From an uncultured Acidobacteriaceae bacterium (GTDB lineage: Bacteria > Acidobacteriota > Terriglobia > Terriglobales > Acidobacteriaceae), in contig CAVSQQ010000008.1 of the NCBI GenBank assembly GCA_963730135.1, positions 291,500-355,499 on the forward strand: a stretch of 64,000 nucleotides of DNA. The letters are read 5' to 3'. A model generated the notes under the pieces. The model was not told the origin of the DNA and made no database searches. It saw nothing but the letters and a program-made list of their open reading frames with translations. Shown here one piece after another: positions 46,309 through 55,338 of the stretch (position 1 is the first letter of the stretch; each line of letters begins with the position of its first letter). Both the position numbers and the translations under genes were made by a program.

Positions 46309-49305
46309 TTGGTCACTCATGTGCTTAGACATACTCCGGATTTTATGAAGAACGCCGCGCAAACCCGCGTCCTGGCCATCGTGCTCGCTTTGGCGACAGT
46401 GGCAGCCTGCGTCCTTGCAGCGATGAACTACGAGCACGAGAGCAGCCTGGCCGTTCCGACAGACGGAGTCTGGTGGGCTGAGGCCAACGGCGGTCTGCGA
46501 GCAGAACGGGTGCCGGTGGAATCGCCCGGGCATCGTGCCGGCCTGCGAACCGGCGACATTCTTCTTAGCGTCAATAACCAGCCGACGCCGCGGGTTGCGT
46601 CCCTGGGACGCGAGATGTACCACAGCGGCATCTGGGGTCATGCCAGTTACTCCATTCTCAGACCAGTGCCGCAATCGGTCGATCTGCATGGCGCGACCCG
46701 GCTGGATAACGTTCAGGTGATTCTGGAGCCGAAGGACCGGTCCATTAATCAGGGTCTGCGGCTTATCGCGCTGGTCTATCTGTGTATCGGGATCTACGTG
46801 CTGTTCCGGCGCTGGACGGCACCGAAATCTATCCACTTCTATGTCTTCTGCCTGGCGTCGTTTGTGCTGTATAGCTTCCGGTCCACAGGAGAGCTGGGTA
46901 TCTTCGACTGGGGCAATATGGCGGCGCAGGCGCTGCAGCCGGCGTTGTTCCTGCACTTTGCCGTCAGCTTCTCGGGCAACTATGCCTTGGAGCATCGCAA
47001 CCGTTTCAGGCGGCGGCTGATCTGCGGGTTGCTGTATGTTCCCGGACTTCTGCTTCTCGGCTTGCAATACACGGCGATTCACTTCTGGTCTGCCACAGAG
47101 ATTCTGCTGCATCGTCTGGATCAGATTTCGCTCGGCTATCTCGCGCTGTACTACGTCATTGCTGCCATCGTCTTCCGGTTGCGCTACCGGCGAGCCGAGT
47201 CGGCGCTGGAGCGCCAGCAGCTGAAGTGGCTGACGCGCGGCACCCTGGTCGCCGTCATTCCGTTTACCCTGTTCTACGTCATTCCCTATCTGGCAGACTG
47301 GACGGTTCCGGGTACCGTCACCAAGCTCGCGGGATTCTCTCTCGTGATTCTGCCCCTGACGTTCAGCTGGGCAATCGTCCGCTACCGGTTGATGGACGTC
47401 GATCTGATCTTCAAACGCGGCGTCACCTATACGCTGGCGACGGCCCTGCTGGTCGGTGTTTACTTCGCCGTCGTCGCTGTGACTGGCGAGATTGTGCACA
47501 GCCGTCTGTCCCCGCAGTTCGGTTTCTGGGGCCTGATGGCGGCCATCATCGTCGCCGGCATCGTGTTCGAACCGCTGAAACGCACGATTCAGGCATGGGT
47601 CGATCGCGCCTTCGACCAGAAGCGCTTCGATTACCGCGAGACGCTCGTCGAGTTTGGCCGAGGCATCAACGCGCAGACCGATCTGCGCGCCCTGCTGGAT
47701 TCGATCGTGGTGCGCCTGCCTCAGACGCTGCTCGTGACCAGGGTTGCCGTGTTTCTGGCGTCGGAGGGCGACGGGCGATCGGCCTCGCGGCACTTCGATC
47801 TCGCTGCCTCGCATGGGCTCACCAATCTGCAGGCCGCAGATATGCGCACGCTCGATGTGCGCTTCCTGGATTTCGACCGGCCCGGCGCGAACAACCACAT
47901 CTTCCTGGAAAATCCGCAGCATGTTCTTCGCCTTCCCGAAACGCAGCGCCGCAGCGCCGGAAGGCTCGACCTGAACTACTACCTTCCCTGCCGCGTCGCC
48001 AATCGCGAGGGATCCGGCACCCGGACGGTTGCCGTGATTGGTCTTGGCCGCACCGACGACGGCGACTTCCTGTCGAGCGAAGACATGGAGCTGCTGGAGT
48101 CCCTTGCCGGTTACATCGGCATTGCAATCCAGAACGCGCAGCTCTATCAGCGCCTGGAACAGAAGATCTCGGAGTTTGAGAGCCTGAAGGAGTTCCACGA
48201 GAACATCGTCGAATCGATCAACATCGGAGTCTTCGCCGTCGACCTCGACGATCGCATCGAGAGTTGGAACACGCAGATGGAAGGCATGTACGAAAGGCCG
48301 CGCACCGAAGTGTTGCATCAGCACATCTCCGCAGTGCTGCCGCCGGAGTTTGTCGCCAGATTTAACAGCGTGCGCGAGGAGCACGGCACTCACACGCTCT
48401 ACAAGTTCCGTCTCGTGTTGCCCAACGGGACCGAGCGCATCGCCAATATCGCCATCGCGCCTCTGGTCACGCGGAACTTCGTCGCCGTGGGCCGCATCAT
48501 TCTTGTCGACGATATTACCGATCGCATTCAACTCGAAGCCCAGCTGACCCAGTCGGAGAAGCTTTCTTCTATCGGCTTGCTGGCGGCCGGTGTCGCGCAT
48601 GAGGTGAATACGCCGTTGGCCGTCATCTCCAGCTACACCCAGATGCTGACCAAGCATATGCGCGACGACGAGCGGCTGGCGCCGGTGCTCGAAAAGATCA
48701 CGCAGCAGACCTTCCGCGCCTCCGAGATCGTCAATGGACTGCTGAACTTCTCCCGCACCAGCGGAACAGAGTTCACCAGCCTGAATCTGAACGATCTGCT
48801 GGCCGATACTGTCACGCTGCTCGAACATCAGTTCAAGACATCGCAGATTCGGGTGGAGACGAACTTCGATCCCCACCTCGCGCGCATTCACGGCAATCAA
48901 GGCAAACTGCAACAGGTCATTCTTAACCTGATGTTGAATGCGAAGGATGCGATGTTCGGAACGCCGAACGCAACGCTGAAGATCGCGACGTTCAATGGCC
49001 CCGGGCGCGTGCTGGTGCGCATTCAGGACTCGGGCGGCGGCATCGAAAAAGAACATCTCCATCGCATCTACGATCCGTTTTTCACGACGAAGAGCAAGCC
49101 GCAGGAGGGCGCGCACAAAGGAACCGGACTCGGCCTCGCCGTCACCTACGGCATTATGCAGGAGCACGCCGGGAAGATTCACGTTGAGAGTGAGCTGGGC
49201 GTGGGCACCGCCTTCCAGTTGGAGTTCCCTTCCTCCGGTACCCGTCCTGCCATCGCGCCCGCAGGCAGCGCGCAGGATGTAGAGAGAAAGACAATTCATG
49301 TCTGA
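46309..49305 (+). CDS. Sensor histidine kinase: PDZ + multi-TM + GAF + PAS + HisKA/HATPase
   Basis: PDZ (SPGHRAGLRTGDILLSVN), several TMs, GAF (IGIAIQNAQLY), PAS, AHEVNTPL, NAKDAM, DPFFTTK, GTGLGL; possible start ATG 46345. Confidence 0.9.
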   Translation: MVTHVLRHTPDFMKNAAQTRVLAIVLALATVAACVLAAMNYEHESSLAVPTDGVWWAEANGGLRAERVPVESPGHRAGLRTGDILLSVNNQPTPRVASLGREMYHSGIWGHASYSILRPVPQSVDLHGATRLDNVQVILEPKDRSINQGLRLIALVYLCIGIYVLFRRWTAPKSIHFYVFCLASFVLYSFRSTGELGIFDWGNMAAQALQPALFLHFAVSFSGNYALEHRNRFRRRLICGLLYVPGLLLLGLQYTAIHFWSATEILLHRLDQISLGYLALYYVIAAIVFRLRYRRAESALERQQLKWLTRGTLVAVIPFTLFYVIPYLADWTVPGTVTKLAGFSLVILPLTFSWAIVRYRLMDVDLIFKRGVTYTLATALLVGVYFAVVAVTGEIVHSRLSPQFGFWGLMAAIIVAGIVFEPLKRTIQAWVDRAFDQKRFDYRETLVEFGRGINAQTDLRALLDSIVVRLPQTLLVTRVAVFLASEGDGRSASRHFDLAASHGLTNLQAADMRTLDVRFLDFDRPGANNHIFLENPQHVLRLPETQRRSAGRLDLNYYLPCRVANREGSGTRTVAVIGLGRTDDGDFLSSEDMELLESLAGYIGIAIQNAQLYQRLEQKISEFESLKEFHENIVESINIGVFAVDLDDRIESWNTQMEGMYERPRTEVLHQHISAVLPPEFVARFNSVREEHGTHTLYKFRLVLPNGTERIANIAIAPLVTRNFVAVGRIILVDDITDRIQLEAQLTQSEKLSSIGLLAAGVAHEVNTPLAVISSYTQMLTKHMRDDERLAPVLEKITQQTFRASEIVNGLLNFSRTSGTEFTSLNLNDLLADTVTLLEHQFKTSQIRVETNFDPHLARIHGNQGKLQQVILNLMLNAKDAMFGTPNATLKIATFNGPGRVLVRIQDSGGGIEKEHLHRIYDPFFTTKSKPQEGAHKGTGLGLAVTYGIMQEHAGKIHVESELGVGTAFQLEFPSSGTRPAIAPAGSAQDVERKTIHV

Positions 49306-50743
49306 AATTACTGAACTCGCCGCCGAGACCCTTCATCTGCAGCGCACGGCGCGTGTGGCGGGCGATCCGCGCATCCTGATCATCGACGACGAAGATGCGA
49401 TTCGCGAATCGCTCGACACGTTGCTGACGCTGGAGGGATTTTCAGTAAACGTAGCCGCCGACGGAGCCGCCGGCATGGAGCTGTTGTCGCGCAACGAATA
49501 CGATCTTCTGCTGCTCGACCTTGCGCTTCCCGGCCAGAGCGGTATCGACCTGCTGCCCCGCATCGTGGAGATGCAGCCTAACCTTCCGGTCATCATGATT
49601 ACTGCCTACGGCACGGTGGGAAACGTCGTCGACGCGATTCGCGCGGGCGCGGAGAACTTCGTTCAGAAGCCGTGGGACAACGAAAAGCTGCTCGCCGACA
49701 TTCGCGCTGCGGTAGGAAGACATCGCGCCGAAGAAGAGGTCGTTCAGCTTAAGCGCACGCTGAAGCAGCGCTACAACTTCGAAAATATCGTTGGCAAAAG
49801 CGAGCCGATGCTTCGCCTCTTCGACCTGATTGCGCAGGTTGCGCCGAGCCGCTCCACGGTTCTGGTTCAGGGTGAGAGCGGGACGGGCAAGGAGCTGATC
49901 GCGAAGGCGATTCATGCCAACTCGCCGCGCCGCGATCGCCCGTTTGTCCCCGTCAACACCGGTGCGGTGCCGTCAGAGCTGCTCGAATCGACGCTCTTCG
50001 GCCACGTCAAGGGCGCCTTCACCTCAGCGGTGACGGCAAAGAAGGGCCTCTTCGAAGTGGCCAATGGCGGCACGCTTTTTCTTGACGAGATCGGCACCAT
50101 GGGCATGGATATGCAGGCGAAGATTCTGCGCGTCCTGCAGGACCGGCGCTTTATGCATCTCGGCGGTGTTCAGGAGATTCAGGTCGATGTCCGCATCATC
50201 GCGGCCACGAACGTCAACTTGCAGGAGGCTGTGCGCGAAGGCCGCTTCCGCGAGGACCTCTTCTACCGGCTGAACGTCATCTGCCTCGATCTGCCGCCGC
50301 TGCGCTCGCGCCGCGAGGACATCCCTCTGTTGACGTCCCACTTCCTTAAATTTTATGCAGAAGAGAACGGCACCGAGGCCCGCTCGCTCTCTCCGGAGGC
50401 CATGCGCATCATCATGGACTATGAGTGGCCGGGCAATGTTCGCGAACTGGAAAACGCCATGGAGCGCGGCGTCGTGCTCTCGACTTCGCGAACCATCACT
50501 CCCGATCTTCTTCCCACTCAATTGACGGGAAGCACGTACTCGGCCAGCCTGCTCGACCACGAGCCCAACGCTTCCCTGTTCGATCTGATGGAAGAGATTG
50601 AACGGCGCATCATCTCCGATCGCCTGGAACGTTGCCACTGGAACCAGACGGAGGCCGCGGAGTACTTCAGAATTCCGCTCTCCACGCTGAACCAGAAGAT
50701 CAAACGGCTCAATGTCGAAGTCAAAAAACGCGGGCGCGACTAG
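49298..50743 (+). CDS. Sigma54-dependent NtrC-family response regulator
   Basis: Receiver, GESGTGKE, ESTLFGHVKGAFT (GAFTGA variant GAFTSA), LFLDEIG, WPGNVREL, Fis HTH. Confidence 0.95.
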   Translation: MSEITELAAETLHLQRTARVAGDPRILIIDDEDAIRESLDTLLTLEGFSVNVAADGAAGMELLSRNEYDLLLLDLALPGQSGIDLLPRIVEMQPNLPVIMITAYGTVGNVVDAIRAGAENFVQKPWDNEKLLADIRAAVGRHRAEEEVVQLKRTLKQRYNFENIVGKSEPMLRLFDLIAQVAPSRSTVLVQGESGTGKELIAKAIHANSPRRDRPFVPVNTGAVPSELLESTLFGHVKGAFTSAVTAKKGLFEVANGGTLFLDEIGTMGMDMQAKILRVLQDRRFMHLGGVQEIQVDVRIIAATNVNLQEAVREGRFREDLFYRLNVICLDLPPLRSRREDIPLLTSHFLKFYAEENGTEARSLSPEAMRIIMDYEWPGNVRELENAMERGVVLSTSRTITPDLLPTQLTGSTYSASLLDHEPNASLFDLMEEIERRIISDRLERCHWNQTEAAEYFRIPLSTLNQKIKRLNVEVKKRGRD

Positions 50744-50761
50744 TCTCTTTAAAACATGCTA

Positions 50762-50830
50762 CCGCGGATTTCGCGGATAACCCGGATAGAACAACTGCTC
50801 TTGAGCCGCACTTATCCGTGAGATCCGCGG
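50762..50830. repeat. Inverted repeat between convergent genes
   Basis: CCGCGGAT-TTC-GCGGATAA ... TTATCCGT-GAG-ATCCGCGG. Confidence 0.65.
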
Positions 50831-51936
50831 CCGTTTTCTGTCTGGAGGCTGGGCTGAATGACGATCTTCATCGAGTCCGGCTGTGGATGCGACGCCAGTT
50901 CAATCGCCGCGACTGCGTCTTCCAACGAAAAACGGTGCGAGATAAGGCTGGTCAGATCGAACCCGTCCCGAAAGCCGTCGAAGACCATGCGGGTCACGTC
51001 ATCCTGAAGTGCAACCGAGGAACTATAGGAGCCCATCAGGGTCTTCTCATCCATGCATACGCTCGCCGGTTCGAACGGAGCCTCTCCATGCTGCGTCTGC
51101 GCGAACAGAACGACGCGTCCGCCGGGGCGAATAGCGTCCATCGCCACCTTGATCAACGCATTGCCGCCCACGGCAAGCAGAGCGACATCGGCGCCGCGGC
51201 CCTCTGTGGCGGCTTTCGCAGCGGCGGAGATGTCTTCCCGCGCATCGAGCGGGTGATCGAGCCCGAACTTTGCCGCAACTGCGTGGCGCTGCGGATACAG
51301 GTCGCTGGTCAACACGCTCGCGCCGGTCTTTCGCGCAAGCGCGGCGAGCAGAATGCCGATCGGCCCCTGACCGATCACCAGGACGGTTTCGTCCGGTTGC
51401 AGGTTGAGCCGCTGAATCGCCTTGTAGCATGTGTTCACAGGCTCAAGAAATGCAGCCTGCTCAAAGGGAATCTCCGGGTCAATCTTCACCAGGCCGCGCC
51501 GCACAATCCAGTCCATCACGCGGATGTACTCGGCAAAACCACCGCCGGAGGGAGCAAACCCGGCAGTGCATCCCACTCGCTTGTAGTCTTCGCACTGGGC
51601 GAAGGTCTGTTTCCTGCAGTAGTAGCAGTCGCCGCAGGGACTGTGGTGATAGGCCATCACACGATCGCCAACCGAAAAACCGTGGACGCCGGCTCCCACC
51701 TTGACGATAGTTCCCGACATCTCGTGCCCGAAGACTCGCGGTGCGGCGTGCGACCCGCTGTGAATCTTCTTCAAGTCGGTTCCGCAGATCCCGCAGGTGT
51801 GGATCTTGACGAGCACTTCGCCTGCGCCGATCTCGGGTACTGGAATGGTTTCTACACGAACGTCATTGACTCCGCGATAGACTGCGGCACGCATGGTCGC
51901 CGGCACTTCATCCATTTCTTTTTTTTCTGTGGTCAT
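50812..51936 (-). CDS. Zinc-dependent (sorbitol/iditol-type) alcohol dehydrogenase in hopanoid cluster
   Basis: CGICGTD, GHE, CGDCYYC...C structural zinc, FLEP, GQGPIG. Confidence 0.92.
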   Translation of the reverse strand: MTTEKKEMDEVPATMRAAVYRGVNDVRVETIPVPEIGAGEVLVKIHTCGICGTDLKKIHSGSHAAPRVFGHEMSGTIVKVGAGVHGFSVGDRVMAYHHSPCGDCYYCRKQTFAQCEDYKRVGCTAGFAPSGGGFAEYIRVMDWIVRRGLVKIDPEIPFEQAAFLEPVNTCYKAIQRLNLQPDETVLVIGQGPIGILLAALARKTGASVLTSDLYPQRHAVAAKFGLDHPLDAREDISAAAKAATEGRGADVALLAVGGNALIKVAMDAIRPGGRVVLFAQTQHGEAPFEPASVCMDEKTLMGSYSSSVALQDDVTRMVFDGFRDGFDLTSLISHRFSLEDAVAAIELASHPQPDSMKIVIQPSLQTENGRGSHG

Positions 51937-51942
51937 AGCCCG

Positions 51943-52623
51943 TCAAGCTCTCCGTCTATACCAGTCTAACTGGCTCTCGAGCGCTGTCGTAAGGGATTGG
52001 ATTGCCACTTTGCTATTTCCTGCCAAATGAAGAAGCTTTGACCATAGGTTTGGGTGCGAGATGGAGTATGCCGCAAAGGCCGCCTCGCGAAACTGTCCAT
52101 CCTTTGTAACAAAGCGGGCAAGCTCCTGCAGCTCGAAGCCGGCATCATCCGAGATAGCCTTTGTCGCCTGAAATTCGAGATTGTGTGCGCGCGCAATCCG
52201 TGCAACGGTTGCCGCCTCCATATCCACCGCGCTTGCTCGATACGATTCATAGAGCCGCTGCTTTTCCCTTACGCTGACAATCGCGGGCGCGCTGACCACG
52301 ATCTGCTGGAACCGGGAGTCGGTGTACCGTTCGCCGGACTGCGTATCCACAACCACTCCCGCGCGAACGATGTCACCGACTCGAAGTGACGGGTCACAAG
52401 CCCCTGCCAGGCCGGCCGAGAGCAACGCCGTTACCGGCTTCATCGCCATCGCTGCCTGCACCGCCAGCGTGGCGCGCTGCACGCCGATGCCGGCGCACAC
52501 AACGACGGCAAAATCGTTGGTGTACGCAATCGTTTTATTTGGCAGCCGGTGTTCCTGCCAGCCTCTGACCAGGTGCTTCACCTCTCGCGGCAGTGCCGCG
52601 ATGATGGCTGGGCATTGTTTCAT
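51943..52623 (-). CDS. hpnG: Purine nucleoside phosphorylase/nucleosidase family, HpnG-like
   Basis: AIIAALPRE, SAGLAGA, AVDMEAA, KAISD; hopanoid context; ATG overlaps hpnA stop. Confidence 0.75.
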   Translation of the reverse strand: MKQCPAIIAALPREVKHLVRGWQEHRLPNKTIAYTNDFAVVVCAGIGVQRATLAVQAAMAMKPVTALLSAGLAGACDPSLRVGDIVRAGVVVDTQSGERYTDSRFQQIVVSAPAIVSVREKQRLYESYRASAVDMEAATVARIARAHNLEFQATKAISDDAGFELQELARFVTKDGQFREAAFAAYSISHPNLWSKLLHLAGNSKVAIQSLTTALESQLDWYRRRA

Positions 52624-53633
52624 AGAGCCCGCTGCCGGTCGAAGGCTGGCGCATATCCGTTCGCGACGAACCAATCGATCGCCGCTCGCAGTGCCGGATA
52701 GACGGGCAACACGCGGAAGCCAAGGTCGTGCTCGGCCTTCGCCGAGGACGCGAACATTATCTTCTTTCCCATGCGAACGGCTTCCACGGTGGCGCGCGGC
52801 TCCTTGCCTCTCAGCTTACCGGTAAAGCTCTCATCGAAGAAGGCAAACGCCATCGCGACGGCGTGCGGCACCTTCAGTTTCGGCGAAGGCAGACCGGTAA
52901 TTGCCGACATCCGATCGAGAATCTGTTTCAGCGTAAGGTTTTCGCCGCCAAGAATATATCGTTCGCCGGGAGTTCCGCGTTCGAGCGCAACCACATGCAT
53001 ACGCGCGACTTCATCCACGTCGACGAGGTTCAGGCCGGTATCGACATACGCGGGAAATTTCCTGTTAAGAAAATCGACGATGATCCTGCCGGTTGGCGTA
53101 GGTTTTGCGTCGTCGGCGCCGATTGGCGTCGTAGGGTTCAGGACCATGACGTGCTGGCCGGCCTTCGCAGCTTGTATCGCTTCAAGTTCCGCCAGGAACT
53201 TCGATCGTTTGTAGTGCCCGATCATATCCGCCAGCGCAACCAGCGTCTCCTCGTTCACGATGCTGCCATCGGTTTTGAACCCCATGGTCGCGACGCTCGA
53301 GGTGTAAACGACGCGGGGTATGCCAACCTCGCGCGCCAGCTTCAACAACTCCCTCGTTCCATCGACGTTGGAGGAGTACATCTGTTCCGGATCGCGAACC
53401 CACAAACGGTAGTCTGCTGCGACGTGAATCAGCGCATCGCACCCGGTAAGCGCAGAGCGCAGCTTTTCCGGCTCGCGCAGATCGCCAGTGACCATCTCTG
53501 CATTGATATTTTTCAGCGAATCGAGCCGGCTGTTCTTCCGGGTCAGCAGGCGAAGGCTGGCGCCCTGCGCTGCATACTGCCGAGCCACATGGCTGCCGAC
53601 GAAGCCCGTCGCTCCCGTAATGAATACGCGCAC
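52620..53633 (-). CDS. hpnA: Hopanoid-associated NAD-dependent sugar epimerase/dehydratase
   Basis: TGATGFVG, HVAADYRLW, YKRSK, TPTGRIIVDF. Confidence 0.9.
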   Translation of the reverse strand: MRVFITGATGFVGSHVARQYAAQGASLRLLTRKNSRLDSLKNINAEMVTGDLREPEKLRSALTGCDALIHVAADYRLWVRDPEQMYSSNVDGTRELLKLAREVGIPRVVYTSSVATMGFKTDGSIVNEETLVALADMIGHYKRSKFLAELEAIQAAKAGQHVMVLNPTTPIGADDAKPTPTGRIIVDFLNRKFPAYVDTGLNLVDVDEVARMHVVALERGTPGERYILGGENLTLKQILDRMSAITGLPSPKLKVPHAVAMAFAFFDESFTGKLRGKEPRATVEAVRMGKKIMFASSAKAEHDLGFRVLPVYPALRAAIDWFVANGYAPAFDRQRAL

Positions 53634-53690
53634 TCGCTCGCTCTCTCCCCCGCCGCCAATCGCCCCAGCCCGCTTGTTGGTGGCCGGTTC

Positions 53691-54137
53691 CTACTCGAGC
53701 TTCTCAGGCTCTATCTGGATATTCTGTTCGCCGGCTGCCTTCTTCTCCCAGTACTTCTTCACCCAGGCCTCAAAGGTCTTGCCCGCAGCCGTATCCCTGC
53801 CGGTAAACGCGAGCGCTGCAATATCGGAGTAGGCAACGTTCACTTTCGTGGGGGCGTTCGACGGGATGATGCGAACAAAGGAGTCGGCAAGAGAGGAACC
53901 GGAGCGCCGATCGAAGAGATAGCCCATGATCTGCGTGCCGTCTTTCTTTGTGATGGTTACGTCGCCGCGATAGTCGAACGCTTTTTCCAGCGCCTCGCGA
54001 ATCTCCGCGTCGCTCGCCAGCGTTGGAATCCACCCCTCGAGTTGCTCTCGCTCGCGGCCCGCGGCGACTTCAATCTCGTCCGGCCTTTCGTGGGCCAACT
54101 GCGCCAGTTTTGCGGATTCCTGTGTCTCGGTCGCCAT
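53691..54137 (-). CDS. Hypothetical protein inside hopanoid operon
   Basis: 148 aa, AGGAG RBS 2 bp after hpnH stop; DYRGDVTITKKDGTQIMGYLFD. Confidence 0.8.
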   Translation of the reverse strand: MATETQESAKLAQLAHERPDEIEVAAGREREQLEGWIPTLASDAEIREALEKAFDYRGDVTITKKDGTQIMGYLFDRRSGSSLADSFVRIIPSNAPTKVNVAYSDIAALAFTGRDTAAGKTFEAWVKKYWEKKAAGEQNIQIEPEKLE

Positions 54138-54139
54138 GA

Positions 54140-55279
54140 TTAGTCTCCTGAGACTCCCTGAAGTTCGGCGCTCTTCGCGGTTGTGCCGGGGGCGGCGATC
54201 TGAACCAGTGGACCGGCATGCGCTGGCTTCCACTCATTCAGCAGCTTCATTGCGCCCTCGTCCTCATACTTGCTGAAGAAGATTGCCTTGGCTGTCTGCA
54301 TCAGGCCTTTGAGCGATCCGAACGTGTAGTTCACGCCGCTGGCTTCGTAACCGGAGTGCACCATGCAGTTGGCGCACTGCGGATTGCCGCTCTCGGTGCC
54401 GTAGTTCGACCACTGAACTGTCTCCATCAATTCCTTGAAGCTGTCGGCGTAACCATCCTGCAGGAGATAGCAGGGTTTCTGCCAGCCGAAGATGCTGAAG
54501 GTCGGCATGCCCCACGGCGTGCACTTCAGATCCTTCTTGCCCATCAGGAACTCCATAAAAATGGGTGAGGCGTTGAAGCGCCACGTCTTTTTCCGGTTCG
54601 AAAGAATGGCACGAAACATCTTCCTGGACCGGGCGCGGCCAAGAAAGTGCTGCTGATCCGGAGCCTTGTCATAGGTGTATCCGGGCGAGACCATCATGCT
54701 CTCGACGCCGGCAACCATCAATTCATCAAAGTGAGCGCGGACGCTGTTGGGATCGGCGCCATCGAAGAGTGTGGTGTTCGTTGTGACGCGGAAGCCGGCG
54801 GCCACAGCGGCATGCACGCCCTCCATCGCGATGTCGTAGCCGCCCTCGCGGCACACCGAGAAATCATGATGCTCACGCTGTCCGTCGACATGGACGGAAA
54901 ACGAGAGATACTTGCTTGGCTTGAAGAGGTGCAGCTTTTCCTTCAACAGCAGCGCGTTGGTGCACATGTAGACATACTTCTTCCGCGCTACCAGTCCAGC
55001 AACAATCTCCGGCATCCGGGGGTGCAGCAGCGGCTCGCCACCGGGAATCGCAACCATCGGGGTGCCGCACTCTTCGACCGCCTTGAAGCAGTCCTCGGGT
55101 GTAAGCTCCGCCTTCAGGATGTGTGCGGGGTACTGGATTTTTCCGCAGCCGGCGCACGCCAGATTGCAGCGAAACAGCGGCTCCAACATCAGCACCAGCG
55201 GATACTTCTTCCGGCCGCTGAGCTTCTGCTTCAAAACATAAGTTGCAACCGTCCAGGCTTGCGAGACTGGCACTGCCAT
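54140..55279 (-). CDS. hpnH: Adenosylhopane synthase, radical SAM
   Basis: LMLEPLFRCNLACAGCGKI (CxxxCxxC), GGEPLLH, CANCMVHSGYE. Confidence 0.95.
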   Translation of the reverse strand: MAVPVSQAWTVATYVLKQKLSGRKKYPLVLMLEPLFRCNLACAGCGKIQYPAHILKAELTPEDCFKAVEECGTPMVAIPGGEPLLHPRMPEIVAGLVARKKYVYMCTNALLLKEKLHLFKPSKYLSFSVHVDGQREHHDFSVCREGGYDIAMEGVHAAVAAGFRVTTNTTLFDGADPNSVRAHFDELMVAGVESMMVSPGYTYDKAPDQQHFLGRARSRKMFRAILSNRKKTWRFNASPIFMEFLMGKKDLKCTPWGMPTFSIFGWQKPCYLLQDGYADSFKELMETVQWSNYGTESGNPQCANCMVHSGYEASGVNYTFGSLKGLMQTAKAIFFSKYEDEGAMKLLNEWKPAHAGPLVQIAAPGTTAKSAELQGVSGD

Positions 55280-55338
55280 CCGGTGTCTCCTCTATCAAAA
55301 AAATCTGCTGCAACTCACTCGTTGTTGCACGATCATGC

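Noticed and set aside
46279-49299. 1006-aa antisense ORF
   Set aside because: Mirror frame of the high-GC kinase gene; no motifs or RBS
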